DNA of 64,000 nt from an uncultured delta proteobacterium (GCA_963724765.1 CAVRVY010000003.1:608001-672000); one strand, 5' to 3'. Counted from the first letter of the stretch, positions 40,810 through 51,157 are shown. Program-made: numbers and translations. Notes: generated by a model not told the origin, from the sequence alone.

Positions 40810-40967
40810 AGCGGGCGCGATCCTAGGCGTTGCGCTCGCAAATGGTCAAACTGTGCGTGATGGCGCGGCGGATTGAATTCGGCGCGCCGGGGATGATTTA
40901 AAGTTCTAACGGATGCGCCGGCGCGCCGATCAGTTGCGATGTCCGGCGCCCGTAACCGGAGCCTCAC

Positions 40968-41324
40968 ATGAACCTGCAAGTCACCCGCGAAATTCTCTGG
41001 AACATCCCCGTCGCGTTCAGAATCTTTCTTTATGGGATGCTTCTCCCGTTGGCCGCCGCCTTCGTTTACGAAGGGATGCGATGGTACCGGATCGTCAGCC
41101 TCGGCCAACCGGTGGACCGCCTCGATCAACCAGGCCGACTCTTCTGGCTCTTGGTGCACACCGCCGGGCAGGACAAAATGATCCGCGAGACCTGGGGCTG
41201 GATGCATTACGCCTTCTACGTCGGCTTCCTAGGCCTGTTCATCGGCACGACGATCATTTTCTTCAACGACGGGATCGCCGAGGCGGGCCGGATTTTTCGG
41301 TTTTCCCTATTACCTGGGGCATGA
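40968..41324 (+). pseudogene. N-terminal remnant of a membrane (Fe-S) oxidoreductase
   Basis: TREILWNI start and GWMHYAFYVGF TM motif, parallel to GWMHFFIFWGF of the next gene; ends at 118 aa. Confidence 0.75.
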
Positions 41325-41334
41325 TGGAGGTTCT

Positions 41335-43413
41335 ATGATGACGGGGATTCTCTTCAGTCTTTGCATTTTGGCTGCCGTGGGCGTTTTTTTCTACCAGCTC
41401 TGGCGCCGCTTTCAGCTACTGCGGAGCGCTGTCGCCGTGTCCCGCTTCGATCGCATTCCCGAACGCGTTCGCGCCGTGCTTGTCTACGCCTTTGGCCAGA
41501 GGAAATTCGTGCGCAGGAATCCGGGAGCCGAGCGGTCCGCCGGGTGGATGCACTTTTTCATCTTTTGGGGGTTTCTCATCCTCGGGATCCAGATCCTCAC
41601 GATGTTCGGTCGTGCCTACTCCGACTCGTTCGTCGTTCCTGGCTTTAGCCTGCATCTCCTGGGCGGCCCCTATTTGTTGCTCCGCGACTTCATGGAGGTG
41701 GCCGTCCTGATTGCGGTTGGGGTGGCGTTGGTGCGATGGGGGATCACGCACGCGCCTCGGCTTTACGGCTATCTTCCGCCCGAGAGTCGCCTGCGCGATG
41801 AATCCCACTGGGAGGCCTATTTGATCCTGCTTTTCATCGCGATGATCATGCTGACAGGCCTGGTGTACGATGGTGGGCGAATCGTTTCTCACCCGAACAA
41901 CATGCGGATCGTTCGGGCGGCGGGATGGGAGCCTATCTCAACCTTGGTGGGTGTCAGCCTGGCGAAAGTTCTGGGCACGAGCTTCGCCTTCCACGCGAGT
42001 AACGTAGCCTGGTGGGTGCACAACCTCGTCATTCTCGTCTTTTTGAACTTACTGCCGCCCTCGAAACACTTCCACATTATCACTGCAATCCCGAACATCT
42101 TTTTCTCGAAACTCGAGCCCAAGGGGCAGCTCTCGAAGCAGGACCTCGAAAATGATTCCCGCTTCGGCACCTCGCACATCGATCATTTCACGTGGAAGCA
42201 GGTGCTCGACATGTTCAGTTGCACAGAATGTGGCCGCTGCTCCTCGAATTGCCCCGCCACGTTAACCAAGAAGCCCTTGGCCCCACGTCAATTGCTACTC
42301 GATCTGCGGGACTACCTCTACCGGCATCAGGACGAGATCATTGAAAAGAGGAGCCGCCCAGGCAAAGGAGATGGCACGGAACCCTTAGAGGTCGGAGAAA
42401 ACATTGTCGGTCCCGTCATCCACGACGACACACTGTGGGCTTGTACCACCTGCCGAGCCTGTGAGGAGGCCTGTCCCCCGATGATCGAGTACGTCGACAA
42501 GATCGTCGACATGCGCCGTCATCTGGTGCAAGAGGAGACCCGTTTCCCCAAGGAGCTTACCCGCACCTTCAAGAACATGGAGACGCAATCCAATCCGTGG
42601 GGGCTCGATTCCGAGCTGCGGTTCGAGTGGGCCGAACGGATGAACGTCCCGACCCTCGCTGACAAGCCCGATGCCGAGTTCCTCTACTACGTCGGCTGCG
42701 CCGGCTCCTACGACGATCGCAACAAGAAGACGACGCAGGCCTTCGTCCGCGTTTTGCAGAAAGCAGGCGTAGACTTTGCCTGCCTCGCGCGCGAGGAACT
42801 TTGCAACGGCGAAACGGCCCGTCGGCTCGGAAACGAGTACCTCTACCAGTCGATGGCCCAAATGCTGATCGAATCCCTCAACAAATACAAAGTTCGTAAG
42901 ATCATCGTGAACTGTCCCCACTGTTTCAACACGATCAAGAACGAGTTTCCCCAATTCGGTGGTTCGTACGAGGTCATTCATGCCTCCGACCTCGTGCAGC
43001 AATTGATCGCTTCGGGGCGTCTCAAGATCTCTGCGGAATTCCCGAAGCGGACCGTATACCACGACTCTTGTTACTACGGGCGTTACAACGACGTATTTGA
43101 CGAGCCACGGATGGTGCTCAGCCGCGCGGGGGCCCAAGTTCACGAGATGGAACGCCACCATAAATTCGGCATGTGCTGCGGTGCTGGCGGAGGGCGGATG
43201 TGGTTAGAGGAAGAGCCGGATAAACGGGTGAATCTGCTCCGCACCGAGCAGGCGCTTCAGACTGACCCTGAGGTCATCGCGGTCTCCTGCCCTTACTGTA
43301 TGACGATGCTCGGCGATGGCATCAAGGCCAAACAGCTAGAAGAGAAGGTCCAGACTCTCGACGTGATGGAAATCGTCGACGAGGTCACCCGGAGCCGTGA
43401 TGCAGAGTCCTGA
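41335..43413 (+). CDS. FadF-like / heterodisulfide-reductase-like membrane Fe-S oxidoreductase
   Basis: TM cytochrome b-like region, CTECGRCSSNCP, CTTCRACEEACP, CCG domains (CCGAGGG); GGAGG RBS. Confidence 0.9.
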   Translation: MMTGILFSLCILAAVGVFFYQLWRRFQLLRSAVAVSRFDRIPERVRAVLVYAFGQRKFVRRNPGAERSAGWMHFFIFWGFLILGIQILTMFGRAYSDSFVVPGFSLHLLGGPYLLLRDFMEVAVLIAVGVALVRWGITHAPRLYGYLPPESRLRDESHWEAYLILLFIAMIMLTGLVYDGGRIVSHPNNMRIVRAAGWEPISTLVGVSLAKVLGTSFAFHASNVAWWVHNLVILVFLNLLPPSKHFHIITAIPNIFFSKLEPKGQLSKQDLENDSRFGTSHIDHFTWKQVLDMFSCTECGRCSSNCPATLTKKPLAPRQLLLDLRDYLYRHQDEIIEKRSRPGKGDGTEPLEVGENIVGPVIHDDTLWACTTCRACEEACPPMIEYVDKIVDMRRHLVQEETRFPKELTRTFKNMETQSNPWGLDSELRFEWAERMNVPTLADKPDAEFLYYVGCAGSYDDRNKKTTQAFVRVLQKAGVDFACLAREELCNGETARRLGNEYLYQSMAQMLIESLNKYKVRKIIVNCPHCFNTIKNEFPQFGGSYEVIHASDLVQQLIASGRLKISAEFPKRTVYHDSCYYGRYNDVFDEPRMVLSRAGAQVHEMERHHKFGMCCGAGGGRMWLEEEPDKRVNLLRTEQALQTDPEVIAVSCPYCMTMLGDGIKAKQLEEKVQTLDVMEIVDEVTRSRDAES

Positions 43414-43424
43414 AGAGACCTTCT

Positions 43425-43688
43425 TCGTGCAAGAACCGCAACGTTCTGTGCTGCGGTGCGGGCGGCGGATGCTTCTGGAAGGAAGAGCGCGAGGGCTCGC
43501 GCATCAACCACATGCGCTTCGATCAACTGAACGAGGCCAATCCCGAGACGCTGGCAGTAGGATGCCCGTTCTGCATGACGCGGATGGAAGATGCGATAAA
43601 GGCGCGCTCGATGGAGGAAAAGATGCGCGTGCGCGACATCTCCGAGCTGATCGCGGACTCAACCGGCGCGGTCGAGAGCAAAGGGTAA
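43425..43688 (+). pseudogene. C-terminal remnant of a second FadF-like Fe-S oxidoreductase
   Basis: Frame without a start reads NVLCCGAGGGCFWKEERE...LAVGCPFCMTRMEDAIK...VRDISELIA...KG*. Confidence 0.85.
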
Positions 43689-43704
43689 TTGTTAGGTCGT
43701 TAAG

Positions 43705-44868
43705 GTGAGCAGAGGAGAAACGCTCGAGGTCCGAGGCGACCTCCTACGATGGGCTCGTGAAACAGCCGGTTTCACGATCCCTGGAGCCGCAAAGAAGGCT
43801 CGTCTCAGCGCTGACAGGCTCGCCGAATGGGAGTCTGAGTATGGTCTGCCAACGCCTGGACAACTGGAGCATCTGGCCGATCTATACAAGCGCCCGACCG
43901 CTACGTTCTTCCTAGAGAGCCCGCCTACTGAACCGTCACTGCCTCCTGATTTTCGCACCCTTCCATCGGACGAGGGCATGGAATTCACCCCAGTCACGTT
44001 GTTCGCCATCCGACGTGCTAGGCGTCTCCAGACTGTATTCCTACAGGTCTCCGAGCTTGTGGTCGGACCGCGCCAAGAGACGCTAGAGATAGCACTCTCC
44101 GAAGGGGCCGGTCCGTCCGCGCAAAAAGCGCGCGACCGCCTGGCTATTCCCGTAGATCAACAGTTCTCGTGGAAAGATCCGCGCGTCGCGCTGAAGACTT
44201 GGAGAGCCGCGGTAGAAAGTACGGGTGTGCTCGTTTTTCAGTTCAGCTTTCCGCTCAGCGAGGCCCGCGGATTCTCACTGCCCGGCCGCGTATCCACGAT
44301 TGTCCTAAACTCCAAAGGCGCACCAGCAGCGCGTAGCTTCACGTTGTTTCACGAGTGGGCTCATTTGCTTTTGCGAGAGCCCGGAATCTGCATTCCAGAC
44401 GAGCGCCACGCCGCTACCCCTGGGGCAAATAAAGTGGAGTCTTTTTGCAATGCGTTTGCCGGCAATCTTCTGGTTCCACAAGCGATCCTCGAGGAGCGTT
44501 TCGCTTCTGGGCGCCAACTAGAGACAGCAGAATTTGTCAGCCAGCTTGCCGAGGAATTTGCAGTAAGTAAATTTGTCATTCTTCGAAGACTTCTTGATGT
44601 TAGGTTTCTCACGAACAGCGACTACCAACAGTTTTCTGGACAACTCAGTAAAGGCACCAGGTCCGACAATACAAAGAAGCGAAGCGGCGGGCCAAGCCCA
44701 GCAGTCAGGGTCGTCTCGGAACTTGGGCCGACGTTCACTTCGAGAGTGCTTGATGCGTACAACGCAGGAATGATTGACCCATCGCAAGTCTGTGATTACC
44801 TGTCCGTTAGGATTAAGCATGTGTCGAAGATCAACACTCTGCTTCCCCACGAGCAGCAACTGGGCTGA
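43705..44868 (+). CDS. XRE-HTH + ImmA/IrrE metallopeptidase
   Basis: LLRWARE HTH, PDFRT, FTLFHEWAHL (HExxH), ESFCNAFAGNLLVP. Confidence 0.88.
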   Translation: MSRGETLEVRGDLLRWARETAGFTIPGAAKKARLSADRLAEWESEYGLPTPGQLEHLADLYKRPTATFFLESPPTEPSLPPDFRTLPSDEGMEFTPVTLFAIRRARRLQTVFLQVSELVVGPRQETLEIALSEGAGPSAQKARDRLAIPVDQQFSWKDPRVALKTWRAAVESTGVLVFQFSFPLSEARGFSLPGRVSTIVLNSKGAPAARSFTLFHEWAHLLLREPGICIPDERHAATPGANKVESFCNAFAGNLLVPQAILEERFASGRQLETAEFVSQLAEEFAVSKFVILRRLLDVRFLTNSDYQQFSGQLSKGTRSDNTKKRSGGPSPAVRVVSELGPTFTSRVLDAYNAGMIDPSQVCDYLSVRIKHVSKINTLLPHEQQLG

Positions 44869-44874
44869 AGCAGC

Positions 44875-45342
44875 GTGTATGTCATCGACACAAGCTCTTT
44901 GATTGACCTCGGCCTGCACTATCCGCGCGATACCTTTCCGTCAGTATGGAATGAAACAGAAGTTTTGATAAAGCGAGGAACCCTCCTATCTCCTCGCGAG
45001 GTCTTGCGAGAGTTGGAAAGGGGCGACGATCAATTGGTTCGCTGGGCTAAGCGTCAGAAGGGATTCTTTGTGCCGGTAAATCGGCCGCAAACAGTCAGGA
45101 TAAGAGAGATTCAGCAGAGATTCCCGCAAATCACCGACAACATGGCACTCGGACCATGCGCGGATCCATGGCTCGTGGCACTGGCTACCGTTCTGTCCGG
45201 GCCTCACTCCGCTTGGTTCGTAGTCACTCAGGAGCGCATGGCCGGCCCCGGCTCACACAAGGTTCCGAACGTTTGCGCGGCTTTTGGAATAACGAGCTTA
45301 AATCTTCTCGATTTTTTCAGAGCCGAAGGGTTTAAGTTTTAA
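44875..45342 (+). CDS. DUF4411 family PIN-domain protein
   Basis: YVIDTSSLI, YPRDTFPSVW, EVLREL, ADPWLVA, VVTQE, KVPNVC. Confidence 0.85.
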   Translation: MYVIDTSSLIDLGLHYPRDTFPSVWNETEVLIKRGTLLSPREVLRELERGDDQLVRWAKRQKGFFVPVNRPQTVRIREIQQRFPQITDNMALGPCADPWLVALATVLSGPHSAWFVVTQERMAGPGSHKVPNVCAAFGITSLNLLDFFRAEGFKF

Positions 45343-45356
45343 GCGCGTTATGGTCC

Positions 45357-46772
45357 CTAGCCGCCCCAGCCGTACCATCGCACCTGCCAGGTGAAGAACA
45401 CGACGAATATGACCGACACCACGATCAGAATCTTGGTCAACTGATCAAGCTTGCGCGGCGCGCCGAGCGCGATCAGCGTTAGCAGAAAGGGATAAACCTC
45501 CACGTAGTAGCGCGTGCCGAGTTGCGCGAAGCCGTTGGCGTACCACAGCATGCTGGGCCCCGCGCATAGCGCCGCCGCCAGCGCCACCAGTATTGTCGTG
45601 GGCCGCAGGAAACTCGGACGCAGCGCCAGTATGAAGGCCGGGCTCGTGAGTATCAGCGCCTGGCCCAGGAACTCCGGATGGACGTACGGAAACTTTTCGC
45701 TGTAGCCGGGCGCCATGAAAAGCAGCGTGTAGAGATTGAACGGAAAATGGCTCAGCGCCAGTGGGCCGCCGGGACGCGCGAACCGGTATTTGTCCTGGCT
45801 ATACCAGAGCCACATACCGATATCGTACGGCTCGCCGAAGCGTGCCTCGTTGAACGCCACGAACACCATCAGCGCCGCGCCCATCCACGGCAGCATCGAC
45901 AGCAACTCGCGCGCGCTTCTCCCGCGCACCCATAGCAGCGCCGCGTAAAACGGCCACGCGAAAACCATGTCGTAGCGCGCCAGCGCGGCCATCGCGGCCA
46001 GCAGGCCCACCATCCACGGACGCGCCTCACCGAAGACCTCGGCGAGCGCGCCCAGCGTGAACGGTATCGAGGCCAGCACGACGAAGTCCCACGAGCTGCC
46101 GAGCGTCGTCTCGTACCAGAACGTCGTGCCGACGCCGAAGAATAACGTCAGCCATACGCGCGCCGCGACGCCGAGGCCAATCTTGCCCAGTAGCCGCCAC
46201 AGCAAACCGAGTGAAATCGCCCCGACGACCACCGACACCGCGGTCTGGTTCGCCGCCAGTCCCCAGATAGCCACTGCGGGAAGGGTGAGTAGCGCCGCAA
46301 GCGGCGGATGCAGCAGGTAGCTCTTGCCGTGCCACACTACGTGCTCCATGTAGCTTGGAGCATCGACCCAGGTGTGCCCATGCAGGAACGCATACGCCTG
46401 CCGGACGGGCTCCGTATATGGCGTGGGCGGCGAGATAGTCGCGGCGTAAAAGGCAAGGAACAGAACTCCGACGGCGACGGCGCACCATCCGTCGGAAGCG
46501 AGATCACGCTCGAGCCAGGGCCATCGCGCCGACGGGGCGTGCCTCGGAACAATAAGTAGGTCGGCGGCTATTCCGCCGAGCGCAAGCGCGAGCGCCGCAA
46601 CAATCAGCGCGTTGGGCAAGTCGTGCTTGAACCATCGGACGATCAGGATGTCGGCCAGCGCGATCAGCGCAGCCGCGATGAAAAACCATCGCGCTGCATC
46701 CCGCGTGCCCGCACTTTCTGCGGCGGCCGTGGTTTGCGATTCTTCGACAGCGCTGAGCGAGAGAGCGTCCAT
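45357..46772 (-). CDS. Polytopic membrane protein, possible GT-C glycosyltransferase
   Basis: Many TM segments; GKSYLLHPP, FNEARFG and GFAQLGTRY loops. Confidence 0.7.
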   Translation of the reverse strand: MDALSLSAVEESQTTAAAESAGTRDAARWFFIAAALIALADILIVRWFKHDLPNALIVAALALALGGIAADLLIVPRHAPSARWPWLERDLASDGWCAVAVGVLFLAFYAATISPPTPYTEPVRQAYAFLHGHTWVDAPSYMEHVVWHGKSYLLHPPLAALLTLPAVAIWGLAANQTAVSVVVGAISLGLLWRLLGKIGLGVAARVWLTLFFGVGTTFWYETTLGSSWDFVVLASIPFTLGALAEVFGEARPWMVGLLAAMAALARYDMVFAWPFYAALLWVRGRSARELLSMLPWMGAALMVFVAFNEARFGEPYDIGMWLWYSQDKYRFARPGGPLALSHFPFNLYTLLFMAPGYSEKFPYVHPEFLGQALILTSPAFILALRPSFLRPTTILVALAAALCAGPSMLWYANGFAQLGTRYYVEVYPFLLTLIALGAPRKLDQLTKILIVVSVIFVVFFTWQVRWYGWGG

Positions 46773-46850
46773 GCGATGCGCGTCAGTCCGGCTGGCCAAT
46801 CAGGCGTGCCAGCGACAGCGCCGTTCTCGCGGAGCCGCGTGCGCCTTGGT

Positions 46851-47822
46851 TCATTTCCGCAGATCGGCGAGGAATTCCAGAATCGCGCGATTGACCTCTT
46901 CGGGCTTCTCCTGCTGCGTCCAATGGCCCGAGCCCTCTATCAAAACGGTCTTGCGCAGGTTCGGCACCCACATCTGCATCCCGTTCGCCATCTCCGGGCG
47001 CAGCACGATATCCAGTTCCGCCGTGATCATCAGCGCGGGCTGGCTCACCTGCATGGGCAAGCCGGCGCTTTCTTCCCAGTTGCGATCGATGTTGCGGTAC
47101 CAGTTGAGCGGCTTGCGAAACCCGCTCTTCTCGAAGGCCTGCACGAAAACCTCGAAGTCCTCATCGCTGAGAAAGCCGCCATGCGGGAGATCTGGCAGAT
47201 GGTCGAGCAGGCCACCGCCGGCCGGTCCCAGCACGCCCGAGGGCATTTTACGCAATTCGGCGAAATCGGCGCCCTTGAACAATTCGCCGCCCTGGTAAAG
47301 TGAGCGCAGGCTGCGGCCCACGTCGCGGCCGAGCTCCTCCTCGGCCACGCCCGGCTCCTGGAAATAGACGACGTAGTTGAAATTGCCAGCCGCGATCGCG
47401 CGAATGAAATCCATCGGTTTCATCGGCGTGCGCGGAAAGAACGGGGTGTTGAGCGCGATCACGCGCTCGATTCGTGCGGGCGCCATCAGCGCTGCGTTCC
47501 ACGCCACGAAGCCGCCCCAGTCATGGCCGACGACCGCGCATTTTTCGATCCCCATCGCGTCGAGCATCCCGATCAGGTCGGCGACGATCTCGCGCTGGGT
47601 GTAAGCCTCGATCGGTTCGGGACCGCCGGTGTCGCCGTAGCCACGCTGGTCGGGAGCGATCGCCCGCAAGCCGGCGCTCTTAAGCGCGCGCATCTGATGG
47701 CGCCACGAGTACCACAGTTCCGGAAAACCGTGGCACATCACGACCGGGTAACCCTCGCCGGCCTCGGCGACGTGCATCCTGATTCCGTTGGTGTTGACGA
47801 AGCGATGGCTGAACTCGCTCAT
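46851..47822 (-). CDS. Alpha/beta hydrolase, epoxide hydrolase type
   Basis: HGFPELWYSWRHQ, APDQRGYG, GHDWGG, GHWTQQEKP. Confidence 0.93.
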   Translation of the reverse strand: MSEFSHRFVNTNGIRMHVAEAGEGYPVVMCHGFPELWYSWRHQMRALKSAGLRAIAPDQRGYGDTGGPEPIEAYTQREIVADLIGMLDAMGIEKCAVVGHDWGGFVAWNAALMAPARIERVIALNTPFFPRTPMKPMDFIRAIAAGNFNYVVYFQEPGVAEEELGRDVGRSLRSLYQGGELFKGADFAELRKMPSGVLGPAGGGLLDHLPDLPHGGFLSDEDFEVFVQAFEKSGFRKPLNWYRNIDRNWEESAGLPMQVSQPALMITAELDIVLRPEMANGMQMWVPNLRKTVLIEGSGHWTQQEKPEEVNRAILEFLADLRK

Positions 47823-47977
47823 TGGCTCGCTCCTCGGAATTACCTCGGCGGTTTCCAACGTTAGCATGCGGACCGCGCACTGGCATCGCCAGCCTTTGAC
47901 TTAACCGCGCGGTGTGATGGACGATAGTTCGCCTCACCCGCAGCGCGAGGTAATCCAGGACCAGCGAGGAAAAGCCG

Positions 47978-48970
47978 ATGGCCTTTACGGTGCAGCCTGA
48001 CAGCTTCCGCTTCGAGAGCGAGTTTCGTAGCGGCGTCGCGGACAAACGCGTCCTGATAACCGGTGCGGGCAAGGACGGCGGTCTCGGCCAGGCCTTCGCT
48101 ATGGCGGCGGGCCTCAACGGAGCCGCCAGCGTGGGCGTGCATTTCCATAGCAGCTACTCCGACGGCTTCGACCTGGTCAGTGCGCTGCGTGACCTGGGCG
48201 TAAACGCGTTTCCAGTGCAGGCCGACGTCACCAACCTTGGTGACCTGTGGGCGACGCGCAGCTACGTGATCGAACAGATGGGCGGCAAGCCGCCGAACCT
48301 GCTGATTTGCAATTCGGGATTGACCGAGAAGGGATACGCATTCGGCCGCGCACTGAAGGAAATCCCCGACGAACCGCTCGCGATGCGCCGGGCGCGGGTG
48401 CGCCAGCACTTCATTGATAGCCTCCATGAATCGCGCCTGGTGCTGAATACGAAGATCGACGGCTTCCTCGCGATGACTCACCTGTGGGCGGGCGAGGCGG
48501 TCTATCATAAGGAATTTCTGCAGCTCATCTACGTATCCTCGCGGCAGGCTATCGATCCCGGAGCGACAGTGCCGGGCTACGTGATCAGCAACTGGGGCGT
48601 GCTTCAACTGCCCAAGGTGCTCGCGGTCAACCTCGGCCAGAACGCGAAGTTCGTCGGCTCGGCGTGTATCCTGCTGCCATTCATCCGCACCAGCATGACT
48701 GACCAGTACGCGGAGAACCCCAAGGTATTCGGGCGATGGCAGCCGCGGATGCTGGAACCCAACGAGGCGGCCAAGGCGTTCTTGCATTTGCTGGCGCGCC
48801 CGCAGGCTGAGCTTGATAAGGGCCTGTTCGAACTGATGGTCGATGGCACCCCGGATGCGATCGACGTGACCTGGAAGCGGGTCGAACTCGAGGTGCGCGA
48901 AGAGCCGATGGAATGGAGCAGGAGCGGCTCGTTGCAATTCCATGGTCATCGCCAGTCGGCGAAGAAGTAG
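47978..48970 (+). CDS. Atypical SDR family oxidoreductase
   Basis: VLITGAGKDGGLG, VQADVT, NSG; YVISN in place of YxxxK. Confidence 0.75.
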   Translation: MAFTVQPDSFRFESEFRSGVADKRVLITGAGKDGGLGQAFAMAAGLNGAASVGVHFHSSYSDGFDLVSALRDLGVNAFPVQADVTNLGDLWATRSYVIEQMGGKPPNLLICNSGLTEKGYAFGRALKEIPDEPLAMRRARVRQHFIDSLHESRLVLNTKIDGFLAMTHLWAGEAVYHKEFLQLIYVSSRQAIDPGATVPGYVISNWGVLQLPKVLAVNLGQNAKFVGSACILLPFIRTSMTDQYAENPKVFGRWQPRMLEPNEAAKAFLHLLARPQAELDKGLFELMVDGTPDAIDVTWKRVELEVREEPMEWSRSGSLQFHGHRQSAKK

Positions 48971-49143
48971 ATCCTGTTCTCCGCTCCTTGTCCCAGCAAA
49001 GGTCGCCGCGAAGCATCGCGGGCGGCGGGAGAGGTTACTCTGCGTGCGCGGCACCGAGCGTCGCCGCGCACGCCGCCGCGGCTGGCCAGCGCGCTTCGCC
49101 GGCTGCAGCGACGATGCCACAGCGCGCGAAACAAGCCCAAGCG

Positions 49144-49297
49144 GCAGGGCGGGCGGCCAGATGGCCGCCCGGCCCCCTGCCCGCTTAAGCAGATAAGGCA
49201 TACGCGGGAGGCGGCGCCCGCCGGGGCGCCGCCTCCCGCGCGCATCGAAAGCGCACACGGCGGCACGCGCACCTTGGGGTGCGCGTGCCGCCGTGTG
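49144..49297. terminator. Three tandem GC-rich hairpins between convergent genes
   Basis: Stems 49150-49159/49162-49171, perfect 17 bp 49203-49219/49224-49240, perfect 20 bp 49254-49273/49278-49297; no U-tract. Confidence 0.55.
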
Positions 49298-49316
49298 GCG
49301 AACAACTTCGGCGCGG

Positions 49317-50120
49317 CTACTCGGGAGTTTTCGCGCCCGGCGGCGGCGCACCGGCGCTCGCGCCTGCTCCGGCGGGAGGCGGCGCGCCCGGGCCGCCGCC
49401 TACGCTGCGGCGCTCGTAACCGGCGGGAGCAGTGAACGTGTCGGCAGGCAAATCGCGCGTGGCAATTTTCGTTACCACGGTTTTGGTGGTTTGCGGCCCC
49501 TGCTTGGCGATCATTTCCTTCAGTTTGGCGGCCTGGTCGGGTGTCAGCCCAGGCATCGAAAACCCGGAGTTCACGGTGCGCGTGGAATCCATCGTCAGCG
49601 GAATCCCGCTGGGCATCTTGCCCGCCATCGCTCGCGCGCTCTTAAGCTTCATACCCATTGCCTGGGTGAATCCAGTGAACTCCGCGGCGCCCGGCGCGCT
49701 GGTCGAGAAGCATCCGGTGGTCGAGACCGCGGCCATCGCGGTCTTGCCCGCGCCGCTATACTCCTCGCAGCCGTAGTCCAGCACCTTGGCGGACTTGCCG
49801 GTCTTCTGGAAATTGAGGTCGAGCTGTTGGGCAGGACTGCTCGACATCCCATGCGGCGGAAAGGGCATCTCGGCATACGCCTTCTGGTTCGGATCGATCA
49901 GCATCATGGTGCCCTTGTCGAGATCGATCACGAACACGTTGCGGTCGCTGACCATCTTTTCCTTATGCCCTTGCACCATCAGTTCACGAGTATGAGTCGC
50001 AGCGGGCGTCGCGCCTTGGGTGGTGGTCACCTGCTCGTCGATCACGACCCCGGCGCGCGCGATACCGCTTAAACCCGCCGCCGTCAGCAGGCAGGCAAAC
50101 ATTGCAACTATCTGTTTCAT
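49317..50120 (-). CDS. Secreted DUF4412-like protein
   Basis: Signal peptide; IDLDKGTMMLID, KTGKSAKVLDYGCEEY, FTAPAGY. Confidence 0.75.
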   Translation of the reverse strand: MKQIVAMFACLLTAAGLSGIARAGVVIDEQVTTTQGATPAATHTRELMVQGHKEKMVSDRNVFVIDLDKGTMMLIDPNQKAYAEMPFPPHGMSSSPAQQLDLNFQKTGKSAKVLDYGCEEYSGAGKTAMAAVSTTGCFSTSAPGAAEFTGFTQAMGMKLKSARAMAGKMPSGIPLTMDSTRTVNSGFSMPGLTPDQAAKLKEMIAKQGPQTTKTVVTKIATRDLPADTFTAPAGYERRSVGGGPGAPPPAGAGASAGAPPPGAKTPE

Positions 50121-51157
50121 AGCGACTGTTCCTCTGGCGCGCTGCTGATTTCCAAAACGCGGCGCGACCCGCCCGTCTCGCGGTCGGCGCGCTCGACGAC
50201 CAGCCGATGAAGGGTCAGGCTCGAAAGGCCGAAAAATACCCACACCATCTCTTTGAATCTGCGCAACAATCCGACCGCAAAGCCAACGTCCGCCGGATAG
50301 CCGAGCATCGCCATCACCAGCGCCTTACCACCCTCCTGGCTGACCAGCTTGGCCGGAATCATGAAGGTGGCGCGTTCGATCAGCTGGCCGAACACCTCGA
50401 CCAGCACTGCGATCTGCCAGGTGACGGGCTCGTGCAGGAGCAGCAGCAGGATATAGATCTCAAGCGGGCCAAGGCTCCACGCGACCAGGTAGCACAGGCA
50501 CGAGGCGACGAGACGCCAGCGATGGCGCGCGTAGAAATCCAGCAGCAGCGTGTCGGCCTCGGCAGCGGCGTCGCGCATCTCGTCGTTGGCGATACGGGAG
50601 AGATCGAGATGCGCCGCCGCGCGCCACAGATGCGAGAACGGCCGCTTGATCTGGACGTAGAAGAAGCCCGCGGCCAACGCGATCGCCAGCCCGAGTCCGC
50701 CGAGCGCCGGCCACAGCAAATGGTGAAACCTGGCCTCGAACGGCAGCACGGTCAGCATCCCGCCGGTGATGAATCCCACCTGGCCCAGCATCTCCGCCAG
50801 CGCCGCGACCACCACCGTCACCAATCCGGCTGCCATGGGCAGCTTGTACCGCACCATCATCGCCATCACGAACTGGCCGCCGAGCTGCGCCGACGGGGTC
50901 ACGTAGTCGACCGCTTCGCCGGCGATCCGCGCCGCGAACAATTCGGCGAAACCGAGCCGGCGCGGGCAGTTTTCGATCGTCACTCGCCATCCCAGCGTAT
51001 TGGCCAGGCGCGCTACCGCCTCCAGCGAGACCGTTAGCACCAGGCCCCATCCTGCCACGCGCACGTAGTGCAGGACGTCGGTCCATCCGAAGCGATGCAG
51101 GAACCAGGCGTAAAAGCCTAGCGCGAGCAGTACGATTAAAGTTTCAATGCGTCGCAT
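50117..51157 (-). CDS. Lysylphosphatidylglycerol synthase TM-domain (flippase-like) protein
   Basis: LGWRV, RIAGEAVDYVTPSAQLGG, MIPAKLVSQEGG, LLRRFKE. Confidence 0.8.
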   Translation of the reverse strand: MRRIETLIVLLALGFYAWFLHRFGWTDVLHYVRVAGWGLVLTVSLEAVARLANTLGWRVTIENCPRRLGFAELFAARIAGEAVDYVTPSAQLGGQFVMAMMVRYKLPMAAGLVTVVVAALAEMLGQVGFITGGMLTVLPFEARFHHLLWPALGGLGLAIALAAGFFYVQIKRPFSHLWRAAAHLDLSRIANDEMRDAAAEADTLLLDFYARHRWRLVASCLCYLVAWSLGPLEIYILLLLLHEPVTWQIAVLVEVFGQLIERATFMIPAKLVSQEGGKALVMAMLGYPADVGFAVGLLRRFKEMVWVFFGLSSLTLHRLVVERADRETGGSRRVLEISSAPEEQSL

